Notes under the pieces: model-generated | Databases searched by the model: none | Seen by the model: the letters and a program-made list of their open reading frames with translations, nothing else | What the model was told of the DNA's origin: nothing | Program-made: the position numbers and the translations under genes | Shown: piece by piece, positions 1 to 9,336 of the stretch | How the letters are laid out: each line of letters begins with the position of its first letter | How positions within the stretch are numbered: position 1 is the first letter of the stretch | Source: Paenibacillaceae bacterium | GTDB lineage: Bacteria; Bacillota; Bacilli; Paenibacillales; CANHGK01 | Assembly (NCBI GenBank): GCA_947460235.1 | Contig: CANHGK010000008.1 | Coordinates: forward strand, 13,453-77,452 | Length of the DNA: 64,000 bases | Reading direction: 5' to 3'

Positions 1-76
1 GGACGGTTGACCGAACATTGATCATGGGTCGCGTGGATTGGATCGTTTATCCGTTTAATCAAATGAGGTCGTTTCA

Positions 77-1243
77 TTGAAGGATCATTGGATTTCGAAT
101 TATGATTGGTTTGCACTAAAAAATCAATTGTTAAGTAACCTTAGGGAATTCGGTGTTGATTTGATTGGGGTCGCGGATGCGAGGCCTTTTACAGAGTTGC
201 GGGAACGTTTGAATCAGTGGCACGATAATGGTTGGGCTTCTGGTTTCGAGGAACGCGATGTTGATTTACGCACAGAACCTAACCGCGCACTTGAATCTGG
301 TAGTGCTCGTTCGATCATTTCAATTGCAATCGCGTACCCTTCTAAATTGCTGAATCCTCCGAAATCGGAACTGGGTGCATATCGCGGAGTCATTGCTCGT
401 TCAGCGTGGGGGGAAGACTATCACACTGTTTTACGTGATCGGTTACAACGAATTCGAACATGGTTGATTTCGCGTGTCCCGGAAGCGGAAATTGTTTCTA
501 TGGTTGATACTGGCGTGTTATCGGACCGCGCGGTGGCGGAACGTGCTGGTATTGGTTTTAGTGGAAAGAATTGTTCGATTATTTCGCCTTCAATGGGTTC
601 GTGGTTATATCTCGGAGAATTGGTAACAAATTTACCTTTCGAAGCGGATATACCGATGCTTGATCAATGCGGAACATGTACAAAATGTATTGATGCATGT
701 CCGACGGGAGCGCTTGTCGGACCAGGACAGTTAAATGCACAAACATGTATTTCGTTAATTACGCAGTTAAAAGGTGTATTGGACGACGATCAAAAAAAAC
801 ATATTGGAAACCGATTATATGGGTGTGATACTTGCCAAGTCGTTTGCCCTTACAATAAAGGGATGGATTGGCACTTGCATCAGGAACTTGAACCAGATCC
901 AGCGTTGGCCAAACCACTGTTGAAACCGTTGATATCAATGAGTCAGCGCGTATTCCGTGATCAGTTTGGACGGACTGCAGCGGCTTGGCGAGGAAATGCG
1001 CCGATTCGCAGAAATGCGATTATTGGCTTGGGTCATTTTCGTGATGTAACGGCTGTACCGGAGTTGACGCGTGCCATGAATGAAGATGCGCGTGTAGAAA
1101 TACGGGAAGCGGCGGTTTGGGCGCTTGGAAGAATTGGTACGGATGATGCAAGGGACGCGCTCGTAAATCGGCTGGCGTCAAATCTAGAAGGAACTGAAGT
1201 TGTGATGAAAGCCTTGCAACAAGCATTGGCAACATTGAAGTGA
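77..1243 (+). CDS. queG: epoxyqueuosine reductase QueG
   Basis: Two 4Fe-4S ferredoxin motifs (CGTCTKCIDACP and CDTCQVVCPYN) are followed by C-terminal HEAT-like repeats. TTG start at 77 with a GAGGT RBS 7 nt upstream. Confidence 0.8.
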   Translation: MKDHWISNYDWFALKNQLLSNLREFGVDLIGVADARPFTELRERLNQWHDNGWASGFEERDVDLRTEPNRALESGSARSIISIAIAYPSKLLNPPKSELGAYRGVIARSAWGEDYHTVLRDRLQRIRTWLISRVPEAEIVSMVDTGVLSDRAVAERAGIGFSGKNCSIISPSMGSWLYLGELVTNLPFEADIPMLDQCGTCTKCIDACPTGALVGPGQLNAQTCISLITQLKGVLDDDQKKHIGNRLYGCDTCQVVCPYNKGMDWHLHQELEPDPALAKPLLKPLISMSQRVFRDQFGRTAAAWRGNAPIRRNAIIGLGHFRDVTAVPELTRAMNEDARVEIREAAVWALGRIGTDDARDALVNRLASNLEGTEVVMKALQQALATLK

Positions 1244-1267
1244 ACAAAATGTATGCGGAGGCGAAGC

Positions 1268-2296
1268 ATGCGATTACTACGGTTGGATCATGTCAAAGCT
1301 GGAATGATCATGATGAGCAATTTTGAAAAGTCACATCATAACATCATGATCAAAGAAGGAACTACTTTAACCGATTCGATGATCAACGCAATGCATCGCT
1401 GGGGTGTGAATTGGATTTATGTTTCTGGTGAGATAGAAACTAGAACAGCGTCCATTCCGGAATGGACGAAGGTTGAGACGTTTGAAGCGTTAAATGATGA
1501 ATTTGAAAATATTATTGAATGTATGAAGTATCACCGCGATTTACCAGCAAAACATCTAGATCAATTGCTCTGTAGATTGATCGTTGAACTTTCGGCGCAC
1601 AAAGCACAACTGTTTCAGTTGCGTGAAATTCGTTGTATTGAAAGAGATGATTTTTTACATGCATACCATGTCTGTGTACTTTCCTTAATGATTGGATTTC
1701 GGATGGAATTGCCATTTGAACAACTGAGAGCATTGGCGATCGGCGCATTTCTACATGACATTGGTAAATTTGACGTACATCATCTGGATTGTTCGTCCAA
1801 ACCAGAATTGCATCACACGTTTATTGGATATAAGAAGTTGAAAGGTGAACCGTTATTTCCTTTGCAATCATCACATGCGGCGTTAATGCATCACGAACAT
1901 GTGGATGGATCGGGAAAACCACGCGGGATAACAAGCAATGAAATGCATCAGATCGGTAAAATCGTCGGCATCGCGAACCGTTACGATCATTATTTTAGAG
2001 CATTAGCTCCATTTTCGGAAAATGATCCTCCTTTACAACACCATGATGTGTATGAACGAATGGTGGCTCAAGTGGGTGTCCAAAGTGATCATGATATTTT
2101 TCTGCATTTTTTGTCCTCTGTTGTCGTCTACCCTACAGGAGTTGAAGTGTTGTTGAATACGCATCAACATGCAATTGTGATCGTTCAACATCCTCACTTG
2201 CCTTCGCGGCCAATCATTCGTATCATAGACTCAGAACAAACTTTGCATGATTTGTCGAAAAATCCGAAATTGTTTATTATTGATGTGTTAACGTAA
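1268..2296 (+). CDS. HD-GYP-like domain protein with degenerate GYP motif (HHEHVDGSGKPRG)
   Basis: HD motif FLHDIGK and a HHExxDGxG-K-P block. The ATG at 1268 follows a GGAG RBS; the ORF-track start at 1253 lacks an RBS. Confidence 0.6.
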   Translation: MRLLRLDHVKAGMIMMSNFEKSHHNIMIKEGTTLTDSMINAMHRWGVNWIYVSGEIETRTASIPEWTKVETFEALNDEFENIIECMKYHRDLPAKHLDQLLCRLIVELSAHKAQLFQLREIRCIERDDFLHAYHVCVLSLMIGFRMELPFEQLRALAIGAFLHDIGKFDVHHLDCSSKPELHHTFIGYKKLKGEPLFPLQSSHAALMHHEHVDGSGKPRGITSNEMHQIGKIVGIANRYDHYFRALAPFSENDPPLQHHDVYERMVAQVGVQSDHDIFLHFLSSVVVYPTGVEVLLNTHQHAIVIVQHPHLPSRPIIRIIDSEQTLHDLSKNPKLFIIDVLT

Positions 2297-2302
2297 AGGA
2301 GA

Positions 2303-2542
2303 ATGACTATGTGGGTATATATCACGCCAGTGATCACGTTGATTGTAGGTCTAATAGGCGGCGCTGTAATTGGTTTTCAAGTTTTTAAGAAACAAATGAT
2401 GAGTCTCATGAATAACCCCGATCAAATGGCGTCGATGATGCGTCAAAATCCTGATATGTTAGAAAAGATGGGGCGTCAAATGGGCGCTAATTCCGCGCAA
2501 ATGAAAGCTGCAAAAAAAATGATGAATCGCCGTCCGCGATAA
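2303..2542 (+). CDS. yneF: UPF0154/YneF-like small membrane protein
   Basis: 79 aa with one N-terminal TM and a Met/Gln/Lys-rich tail (KKxMMxxMxxNP...MMRQ). RBS AAGGAG upstream. Confidence 0.5.
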   Translation: MTMWVYITPVITLIVGLIGGAVIGFQVFKKQMMSLMNNPDQMASMMRQNPDMLEKMGRQMGANSAQMKAAKKMMNRRPR

Positions 2543-2575
2543 AAGTTGCGAGAATGGCTACGGGGGACTTTCGAA

Positions 2576-3184
2576 ATGCCTAGTAAGGAATATCGCAATT
2601 CACATGTACAACAAAATCGCGAGCAATTGGAATTTCATGTGCGTGAAATTCTGCGACTTGTAGGTGAGAATCCTGAACGTGAAGGATTGATTGACACGCC
2701 TGCTCGCGTCGTAAGGATGTATGAAGAAATTTTTGGTGGTTACGCGGCGGATTCTGGGGAAGTGCTCGGGACACTTTTCGACGAAGCGCATGAAGAATTG
2801 GTTATTGTTAATGATATCGTGTTTTATAGTCAATGCGAACATCATATGGCACCATTTTTTGGGAAGGTCCATATAGGATATGTTCCAAGCGGGAAAATTT
2901 GTGGGCTAAGCAAATTTGCCCGACTTGTCGATACAGTAACGAAGCGTCTACAAGTTCAGGAACGAATTACTTCGCAATTGGCGGATTTAATTGCCGAAAC
3001 ATTAATTCCGCACGGCGTCATGGTTGTTGTCGAAGCAGAGCATCTTTGTATGTGCGCACGTGGTGTTCGAAAGTATGGAAGTCAAACGATTACATCTGCA
3101 GTGCGTGGACAATTTAAACGAGATGCTTCGTTACGTGGTGAATTTTTATCTTTGATTGGTAGAACGGCCGGCAAGTTGATTTAA
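2576..3184 (+). CDS. folE: GTP cyclohydrolase I FolE
   Basis: Conserved CEHHMAPF active-site block and [11 protein letters not shown] motif. ATG at 2576 follows a GGGGGA RBS. Confidence 0.85.
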   Translation: MPSKEYRNSHVQQNREQLEFHVREILRLVGENPEREGLIDTPARVVRMYEEIFGGYAADSGEVLGTLFDEAHEELVIVNDIVFYSQCEHHMAPFFGKVHIGYVPSGKICGLSKFARLVDTVTKRLQVQERITSQLADLIAETLIPHGVMVVVEAEHLCMCARGVRKYGSQTITSAVRGQFKRDASLRGEFLSLIGRTAGKLI

Positions 3185-3195
3185 TGAACATTGAA

Positions 3196-3252
3196 ATGTC
3201 GCGATACGAATGATTGATTTTGACGATCAAATTCGTTGCGACATTTTTTTAT
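3196..3252 (+). terminator. rho-independent terminator after folE
   Basis: Hairpin AATGTCGC...GCGACATT followed by a T7 run. Confidence 0.5.
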
Positions 3253-3277
3253 TCTCGATGAAAACATTATTTGAAAG

Positions 3278-6200
3278 ATGGTGTGGAACGTGAAAAAGAC
3301 ATGGATTGCATATCGATACCTACTCATCTGCGCAATTGTTTGCATCCTGTGGCTTCCTGCGTACTTAACTGCCTTAGCGGGCCCTGTCGGCGAAAAGGCT
3401 AACGCAATCCGTATTGCGAATTGGCCTAATGGATTTCAAAAAGATTCGGATTCGTTTCATGGTGGTGCATTTGATGGTAAGAATGTTTGGATGGCACCAT
3501 ATGATGCTGACCGTATCGTTAAGATTAATGTTGCAGATGGTGAGATGGGCTCAATTCGTGCTTTTCCAGATGGATACACGTATACGTCCGGAGCATTTAG
3601 TGGAGCAGTCTATGATGGCACTTCGGTTTGGTTCATTCCATTCAATGCAGAGCGGTTGATTAAGATTGATCCGATCACTCTAAAAGTTTCATATGGCCCA
3701 CAGTGGCCAAGTGATTTTAAGAAGATGCAATCCGCATTTGATGGCGGTGTTGTTATCGGTGATTATTTGTGGTTAATTCCCCATGCATCTGATAAATTAT
3801 TGCGTTTAAATATTAAAAATTTCGCGTGGGACGCGTATTCGAAATGGCCCAATAATTTTTCGCATGGTAATGGTGCATTTTCTGGTGGAGTAGCTTCGTT
3901 GGATGGAGGCACGCTTTGGTTGGTTCCGTCCGATGCGAATATGATCGTAAAAGTTAATGCTTCGAACGGTGAAATGACGGGAAACAATGCGTGGCCAATT
4001 GGATTTTCAAAAACGAATGGAGCATTTTCTGGAGGCGCTACAGATGGTAATGGTCTGTGGTTAGCACCAAAAAAAGCAGATAAATTGGTGCGACTTGATT
4101 TGGTGAGTGGTGGAATGACTAGTTTTGCGAAGTGGCCTGCGGGAATGTCAATTGGAATCAATGCGTTTTCTGGAGCGATATATGACGGGCGGGATATTTG
4201 GTTGACTCCGTATGGAGCGGATCGAATTGTTCGTGTCAAAACGAACGGAGAAATGAGTGCACCGATTACATGGCCAAATGGCTTAAACCGAGGGATTCAG
4301 GCGTTTCAAGGTTCGGTATTTGATGGTTCGGATTTATGGCTCATACCATCTTCGGCGGATGCTGTCTTGGAATTGGTTGGGAATCGAACTCCGACTGCGA
4401 ATGGATCAAGCATTCAATTAACTGAAGATATTCCATATAGCGGTTTGTTGTCAGCATCAGACCTGGATGCAGATCCGTTAAAATTTACGGTTGTCAAAAC
4501 ACCTTCTAAAGGTGTATTAACGTGGATAAATGATTCAACGGGAAACTATAAATATACTCCAAATCTAAATGCGAATGGATCGGATACCTTTACCTATCGG
4601 GTAAGTGATGGAGTTACCTTTTCTAGCGAGGCAACCGTTTCGGTTTCGATTGCAAATGAGAATGATCCACCTGTTGTGAATGCACTTACCATACAAGCGC
4701 GTGAAGATGAATCCAAAACTGGAATTGGGATCGCTAATGATCCAGAGTTAGATGCATTAGAATATCAGATTGTTTCAAATGGTTCAAAAGGAACGTTTAC
4801 TTTTACGAACAATAAGACCGGTGAATTTTTATATGTGCCAACACCGGATCAGAACGGAAGTGACGAAGTTTCGGTACGCGTTAAAGACGGGAAATTGTTT
4901 TCGAATACCGTTAAATGGCAAGTGAATATTGTTCCTGTTAATGATATGCCGATTGCAAAGGACGTTACATTGCAAACGAATGAAGATCTTGCTGTTCAAT
5001 CGAATTTGAAGGCTTCGGATATTGATGGCGATGCACTTTCCTATGAATTCATTCAACAACCAACGCATGGGAATGTGATGATCTCAGATATTACAAAAGG
5101 AACTGTGATTTATAAACCAGATGAAAATTATTTCGGTTCTGATCAATTTGTTTATACGGTATCAGATGGCCTTTTAACATCGGCGCCTGCGAATGTTAAA
5201 ATTAATATTGCACCGATTGACGATGCACCTGAATTAAGTAGTGCAAATTTTACAGTAGTTCAAGGCGTTTCATTGCATGAACAATTAACTGCTAGTGATT
5301 TGGAGAATGATCCGTTAACATTTGAAATCGTCTCACCTCCTACGCACGGTAAATGGAGTTGGATTAATGCAGCAGATGGGAGATTTACGTACGAACCCGA
5401 GTTGAATTGGACTGGAATTGAAACGATTCAAGTTGATGTAACGGATAATGTATTGAAATCGGAAGTGAAATCGATTTCGATTGTTGTTTCGCCGACCGTA
5501 AAAAAACCAGTTGAAGTAAAGCAAGAGTTTCAGGTGACGAGTGGTGTTTATACCGTTAATCGATTAAATGTTCCGAATTCTGAGCAGAATGATTTGACGT
5601 TTGCACTCATGCTGAATCCTGGAAAAGGGAAGTTTGAATGGATCGACAATCAACACGGGTATTTTTACTATCAATCCAAAAGTGGTTTTATTGGTGATGA
5701 CGAATTTGAATATTTAGTTAAGGATTCTGGCATATATTCTGAAATGGGTAAAATCATTTTGCACGTGTTGGCTGCAACGAATGCTCCAATTAATACGGTG
5801 AGCCCGACTCCTTCGCCTACGTCAGTCCCAACAAATAAGCCAACAGTGTCAATCACGCCATCACCTACACCTTTAATTGTGAATAGTCAATCTCCAGCAG
5901 TTTTGCTGTCAAATACACCAGCACCTACAGTATTGGTTTCAGCATCACCGAATGCGACTTCGGTGAATCAACAGAGTCATACGCCGTCTCCAACATCTGT
6001 AATTAATGTTTTGACAAATAATCCTAATGCAACAAGTTCATCAACACCGATTGCACCTGTTGCAACGCCAGTCGTGATTCCGCAAATTGTATACATTCCT
6101 TACTATATTGAAGTGACGCCGATTCCTACGGCTACTTCGACGCCTGTGATGATACCGAATCCTACACCAACGTTGGAAATTAAAAAAATAAACGTTACAG

Positions 6201-7207
6201 TTACACCGGTTCCGTTGTCGAAAGTGGTGAATATGCCAGAATTACATTCGAATCATGGATTGGACTGGGTGGAAATAGATGATCAGACATTGAATCAAGA
6301 AATTTCCAAAACAATCCCTTTGAAAATAATTGGCCAGAAAAATAAAGAAATTCAGTTCGAAGAAGTTGTTAATGATGATCAAAAGGTGTTATCAATGATT
6401 ATGAATGATCAATTGGTACTACGTCCGAATGATTCGTTTTTCACAATTAATTTTTCGGGAAAGCGAGTAAGCAAACCGGTGTCGATTACGATTAGGGCAT
6501 CGGATCGAATGGGGAATTGGTCTGATCAAATTGTGCTTGTTGATGTTCGCGAAGTTCAGCGTGTGGAAATTTCTGCATTGAATGATGTAGTACTACCTTT
6601 GCCTGAAGAATGGAAAATGCAATTGAATGCTGGAGCGAATTCGAAAAAAGCTGCGTTTATGAAGGTTGTTAAAATTCCTGTGACAATCGAAGTTCAAAAT
6701 CGCGATGAAGAAATGATGGTAAGTGCTCAGACGGATAGTGCGTGTGGTTTGCAAGTGGATGGGTTTAACGGGAAGTCAATATTGTCTGAGGACGAGTCCA
6801 GCCGAACATATTACTTGAATGTCGTTGTTACCGACCGTTCGTCATTACGTCCATGTCATGTAGAAGTGACAGCAACCAGTGAAGGTCTTTTGCCTCGCTC
6901 ACAATCGTTTACGATTACTCCCGAAAATGTTCGTCCGAAACTAAACTTTATTAATCCATTAATGGTTATTAAATCAAACCAGCGCAGATTAATCACAATT
7001 AAGGCGACCGATCCGAATCAAGATCGCTTGACGTATTCTGTTAAAGGTGGAAATGATCAGACGGTGAAATTGACTCGTCAAGGTAATGTTTGGTTTTTAA
7101 AACCTGCGCCTTCTTATAAAACGACCACAGGTGTTAAGTTTTCTGTCAGGGTTGAGGATGGAAGGGGCGGGTTTGATTCCAAAACGTTCCGAGTAATTGT
7201 TAAATAA
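3278..7207 (+). CDS. large secreted repeat protein: signal peptide, 7 propeller-like ~47-aa repeats, 4 cadherin/BIg-like ~95-aa repeats, Pro/Thr/Ser-rich linker, C-terminal domain
   Basis: N-terminal hydrophobic signal. Seven copies of AFSGGxxDGxxLWLxPxxADxIV(K/R)(V/I)...WPxGF. Four repeats with DxDxDPLxF...Y(T/K)PxxNxxGSDxFTYxVSDG. Low-complexity PT(S) stretch at nt ~5770-6230. No LPXTG or SLH motif seen. Confidence 0.6.
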   Translation: MVWNVKKTWIAYRYLLICAIVCILWLPAYLTALAGPVGEKANAIRIANWPNGFQKDSDSFHGGAFDGKNVWMAPYDADRIVKINVADGEMGSIRAFPDGYTYTSGAFSGAVYDGTSVWFIPFNAERLIKIDPITLKVSYGPQWPSDFKKMQSAFDGGVVIGDYLWLIPHASDKLLRLNIKNFAWDAYSKWPNNFSHGNGAFSGGVASLDGGTLWLVPSDANMIVKVNASNGEMTGNNAWPIGFSKTNGAFSGGATDGNGLWLAPKKADKLVRLDLVSGGMTSFAKWPAGMSIGINAFSGAIYDGRDIWLTPYGADRIVRVKTNGEMSAPITWPNGLNRGIQAFQGSVFDGSDLWLIPSSADAVLELVGNRTPTANGSSIQLTEDIPYSGLLSASDLDADPLKFTVVKTPSKGVLTWINDSTGNYKYTPNLNANGSDTFTYRVSDGVTFSSEATVSVSIANENDPPVVNALTIQAREDESKTGIGIANDPELDALEYQIVSNGSKGTFTFTNNKTGEFLYVPTPDQNGSDEVSVRVKDGKLFSNTVKWQVNIVPVNDMPIAKDVTLQTNEDLAVQSNLKASDIDGDALSYEFIQQPTHGNVMISDITKGTVIYKPDENYFGSDQFVYTVSDGLLTSAPANVKINIAPIDDAPELSSANFTVVQGVSLHEQLTASDLENDPLTFEIVSPPTHGKWSWINAADGRFTYEPELNWTGIETIQVDVTDNVLKSEVKSISIVVSPTVKKPVEVKQEFQVTSGVYTVNRLNVPNSEQNDLTFALMLNPGKGKFEWIDNQHGYFYYQSKSGFIGDDEFEYLVKDSGIYSEMGKIILHVLAATNAPINTVSPTPSPTSVPTNKPTVSITPSPTPLIVNSQSPAVLLSNTPAPTVLVSASPNATSVNQQSHTPSPTSVINVLTNNPNATSSSTPIAPVATPVVIPQIVYIPYYIEVTPIPTATSTPVMIPNPTPTLEIKKINVTVTPVPLSKVVNMPELHSNHGLDWVEIDDQTLNQEISKTIPLKIIGQKNKEIQFEEVVNDDQKVLSMIMNDQLVLRPNDSFFTINFSGKRVSKPVSITIRASDRMGNWSDQIVLVDVREVQRVEISALNDVVLPLPEEWKMQLNAGANSKKAAFMKVVKIPVTIEVQNRDEEMMVSAQTDSACGLQVDGFNGKSILSEDESSRTYYLNVVVTDRSSLRPCHVEVTATSEGLLPRSQSFTITPENVRPKLNFINPLMVIKSNQRRLITIKATDPNQDRLTYSVKGGNDQTVKLTRQGNVWFLKPAPSYKTTTGVKFSVRVEDGRGGFDSKTFRVIVK

Positions 7208-7222
7208 ACTAACATTATAATT

Positions 7223-7258
7223 TGACTTTGTGTGTAATGTTCGTGTATTATCATTTCA
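7223..7258 (+). promoter_or_regulatory. putative sigma-A promoter for the riboswitch-operon transcript
   Basis: TTGACT (7223) then ~18 nt then TATTAT, about 10 nt upstream of the riboswitch 5' end. Confidence 0.3.
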
Positions 7259-7274
7259 AGAAGATGAAAACACG

Positions 7275-7406
7275 ATATATCGACCTAGGGTTCCGTAGTT
7301 GTTGTTAATTTATATGACACACTAGCTGGTCCGAGAGGTAAAGAGTTCTGATGTTGATCTGTTTCAACCGATGAACTTACACACGGAGGGATAAAAGCCC
7401 GGGAGG
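7275..7406 (+). promoter_or_regulatory. guanidine-I riboswitch aptamer (ykkC/yxkD leader class)
   Basis: Conserved blocks CUAGGGUUCCG (7285-7295), GGUCCGAGAG (7328-7337) and ACACGGAGGGAUAAAAGCCCGGGAGG (7381-7406). Downstream gene context (TauA/NMT1-type ABC transporter plus ureohydrolase) is the classical guanidine-I context. Confidence 0.75.
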
Positions 7407-7431
7407 TTATGCATACTCCGCGGGCTTTTTG
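7396..7431 (+). terminator. riboswitch expression-platform terminator
   Basis: AGCCCGGGAG ... CUCCGCGGGCU stem with one bulge, followed by U5. The 5' arm is the 3' end of the aptamer, so the two structures are mutually exclusive. Confidence 0.6.
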
Positions 7432-7457
7432 TGTTCAAAAAAAGAGGAGGAATTGAG

Positions 7458-8501
7458 ATGAGCATGCCAGTAGCAATGAAATGGAGAAAGATGTTTGTGA
7501 TTTTTGCGGTAATCGTTGTATGCGTGTCAATGATGTTGTCAGGATGTGCAACGACGAATACTACGCAGAGTGAAACAGAGGGATCTTCAGATCAACCGAT
7601 TCAAATTGCACTGAGTCCTTGGCCGGGTTGGTACATCTGGTATTTGGCCGAGGAAAAAGGATTTTTCAAAAAACGTGGTGTGAATGTGGAACTGAAGTGG
7701 TTCCCTGTGTATAGCGATTCCTTGCAAGCATTATCTACGGGCCAAGTCGATGCAAATAGCCAGACATTGAGCGATACATTGGCGCCTCTTTCGAAGTCGA
7801 TTCCCTTAAAAGTGGTGTTGGTTAATGATAACTCGAATGGCGGCGATGCGATCGTAAGTAAGCCGGGCATCAACTCGATCGCTGACTTGAAAGGCAAAAC
7901 CGTTGCAACGGAACTTGGTACGGTCGACCATCTATTGCTGCTGACTGCTCTTGCGAATGCTGGAATGAAAGAAACAGACATCAATTATGTGAATATGACC
8001 GTCAATGATGCTGGACCTGCTTTTATTAATGGGAAAGTGGATGCGGCTGTGTTATGGGAGCCGTTCCAAACGAAAGCAGTTAAAGATGGCGGCGGAAAAG
8101 TATTATTCTCATCGAAAGAAACGCCTGGATTGATTCCTGATTTACTCGTGTTCAAAGCAGAAACAGTAGAGAAACGCGGCGATGATATTCAAAAAGTCGT
8201 CAACGCGTGGTTTGATGCATTAGCTGAATTGAAAGCTCATCCGGACGAGTCCATTGCCATTTTGGCGAAAAAAGCTGAGCAGACCCCAGCGGAGTTCAAA
8301 GAAGGATTGGATACGATCAAAGTGTTTACGAAAGCAGATAATATTAAAGCGTTTGATGCATTGGATGGATATGAGTCACTCTCCTTTACAGGCGGGAAAA
8401 CAGCGGAATTCTTACAAGGGTTGGAGATGGTTAGTTCCATTCCAGACGTAAAGGCAGCGCTTGAACCGAAGTTTGTGAAAGCTGCAGAAGCGGCGGAATA
8501 A
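7458..8501 (+). CDS. ABC transporter substrate-binding lipoprotein, NMT1/THI5 (SsuA/TauA-like) family
   Basis: Lipobox LSGC after signal peptide; NMT1-like periplasmic binding fold. ATG 7458 with a GGAGG RBS; the GTG at 7431 lies inside the terminator. Confidence 0.8.
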   Translation: MSMPVAMKWRKMFVIFAVIVVCVSMMLSGCATTNTTQSETEGSSDQPIQIALSPWPGWYIWYLAEEKGFFKKRGVNVELKWFPVYSDSLQALSTGQVDANSQTLSDTLAPLSKSIPLKVVLVNDNSNGGDAIVSKPGINSIADLKGKTVATELGTVDHLLLLTALANAGMKETDINYVNMTVNDAGPAFINGKVDAAVLWEPFQTKAVKDGGGKVLFSSKETPGLIPDLLVFKAETVEKRGDDIQKVVNAWFDALAELKAHPDESIAILAKKAEQTPAEFKEGLDTIKVFTKADNIKAFDALDGYESLSFTGGKTAEFLQGLEMVSSIPDVKAALEPKFVKAAEAAE

Positions 8502-8540
8502 TGGTTGGATGAATGGGATGGTTGGAGGAGGGCGAATCAA

Positions 8541-9299
8541 TTGAAGCAAAAAAAATATCTCGGATACTGGGCAATTAGTTCGTTTCTTCTCCTGTTTGGT
8601 GGATGGTTAGCGCTCAGTGAAAGCGGAGTGATGAATCCGACATTTTTGCCATCGCCTTTCGTGGTGTTCAAAACGATGGTGAAATTGCTCGGAACAGAGC
8701 AATATTGGACGCATATTGGCATGAGTTGTTTTCGAGTGGTAGCCGGTTTCTTGTTAGCGGTTGTAATTGGTGTACCACTTGGATTATTGGCAGGATATTC
8801 GAGGCGCGGAGCTGCATTTATTGAACCTCCGATGGAATTTATTCGTTATATGCCAGCAGTTGCGTTTATTCCGCTCGTGATGATATGGGCGGGGATCGGC
8901 GAATGGGCAAAAGTGATTATTATTTTTATCGGATGTTTTTTTCAGTTGGTGCTGATGGTAGCGGACATTACGAGGCGAGTAAATAAAGACTGGATCGATG
9001 CTGCGAGGACGATGGGTGCGACGCGCTGGGGTGTACTAGAGACGATCATTATTCCTGCGATCCGCCCAGAGTTGATGAATGGACTTCGATTATTGCTTGG
9101 ATGGGCTTGGACCTATTTGGTTGTTGCTGAGCTCGTCGCAGTAAATAGTGGTCTTGGATACGCAATTATGAAGGCGCAGCGGTTTTTGAATACAGATCAA
9201 ATTTTTGTTGGGATGATTGTGATCGGAGCACTAGGATTGATTAGTGATCGCGTATTCGCCTATTGTAACAAACGATTTTTCCCGTGGGCGCAATCCTAA
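8541..9299 (+). CDS. ABC transporter permease (binding-protein-dependent inner-membrane component)
   Basis: 6 TM with an EAA-like loop (AARTMGATRWGVLETIIIPAIRP). A TTG at 8541 follows GGAGGAGGG at the right spacing; an alternative ATG at 8505 has no RBS. Confidence 0.7.
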   Translation: MKQKKYLGYWAISSFLLLFGGWLALSESGVMNPTFLPSPFVVFKTMVKLLGTEQYWTHIGMSCFRVVAGFLLAVVIGVPLGLLAGYSRRGAAFIEPPMEFIRYMPAVAFIPLVMIWAGIGEWAKVIIIFIGCFFQLVLMVADITRRVNKDWIDAARTMGATRWGVLETIIIPAIRPELMNGLRLLLGWAWTYLVVAELVAVNSGLGYAIMKAQRFLNTDQIFVGMIVIGALGLISDRVFAYCNKRFFPWAQS

Positions 9300-9336
9300 G
9301 TGATGAGTGGGTTTGATAGATAGGGAGTGAATGTAG

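Noticed and set aside
3763-4239. Antisense and embedded ORFs inside well-supported genes (e.g. 3763-4239 -, 1020-1247 -, 24306-24569 -, 26203-26706 +, 29093-29590 -, 44824-45333 -, 51444-51932 -, 56025-56456 +)
   Set aside because: They lie entirely within longer ORFs that have strong homology signatures and RBSs. They lack RBSs and recognisable motifs, so they are typical shadow ORFs.
5770-6230. Repetitive Pro/Thr/Ser-rich stretch considered as a stand-alone repeat element
   Set aside because: It is in frame within the 1309-aa secreted-protein CDS (low-complexity stalk). No direct-repeat/spacer periodicity.
7270-7431. TPP (THI-box) riboswitch upstream of an NMT1/THI5-like binding protein (a ThiY/HMP transporter analogy)
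   Set aside because: The THI-box cores CUGAGA and ACCUGAUCUGGAUAAUGCCAGCGUAGGGAA are absent. The sequence matches the ykkC/guanidine-I blocks instead.
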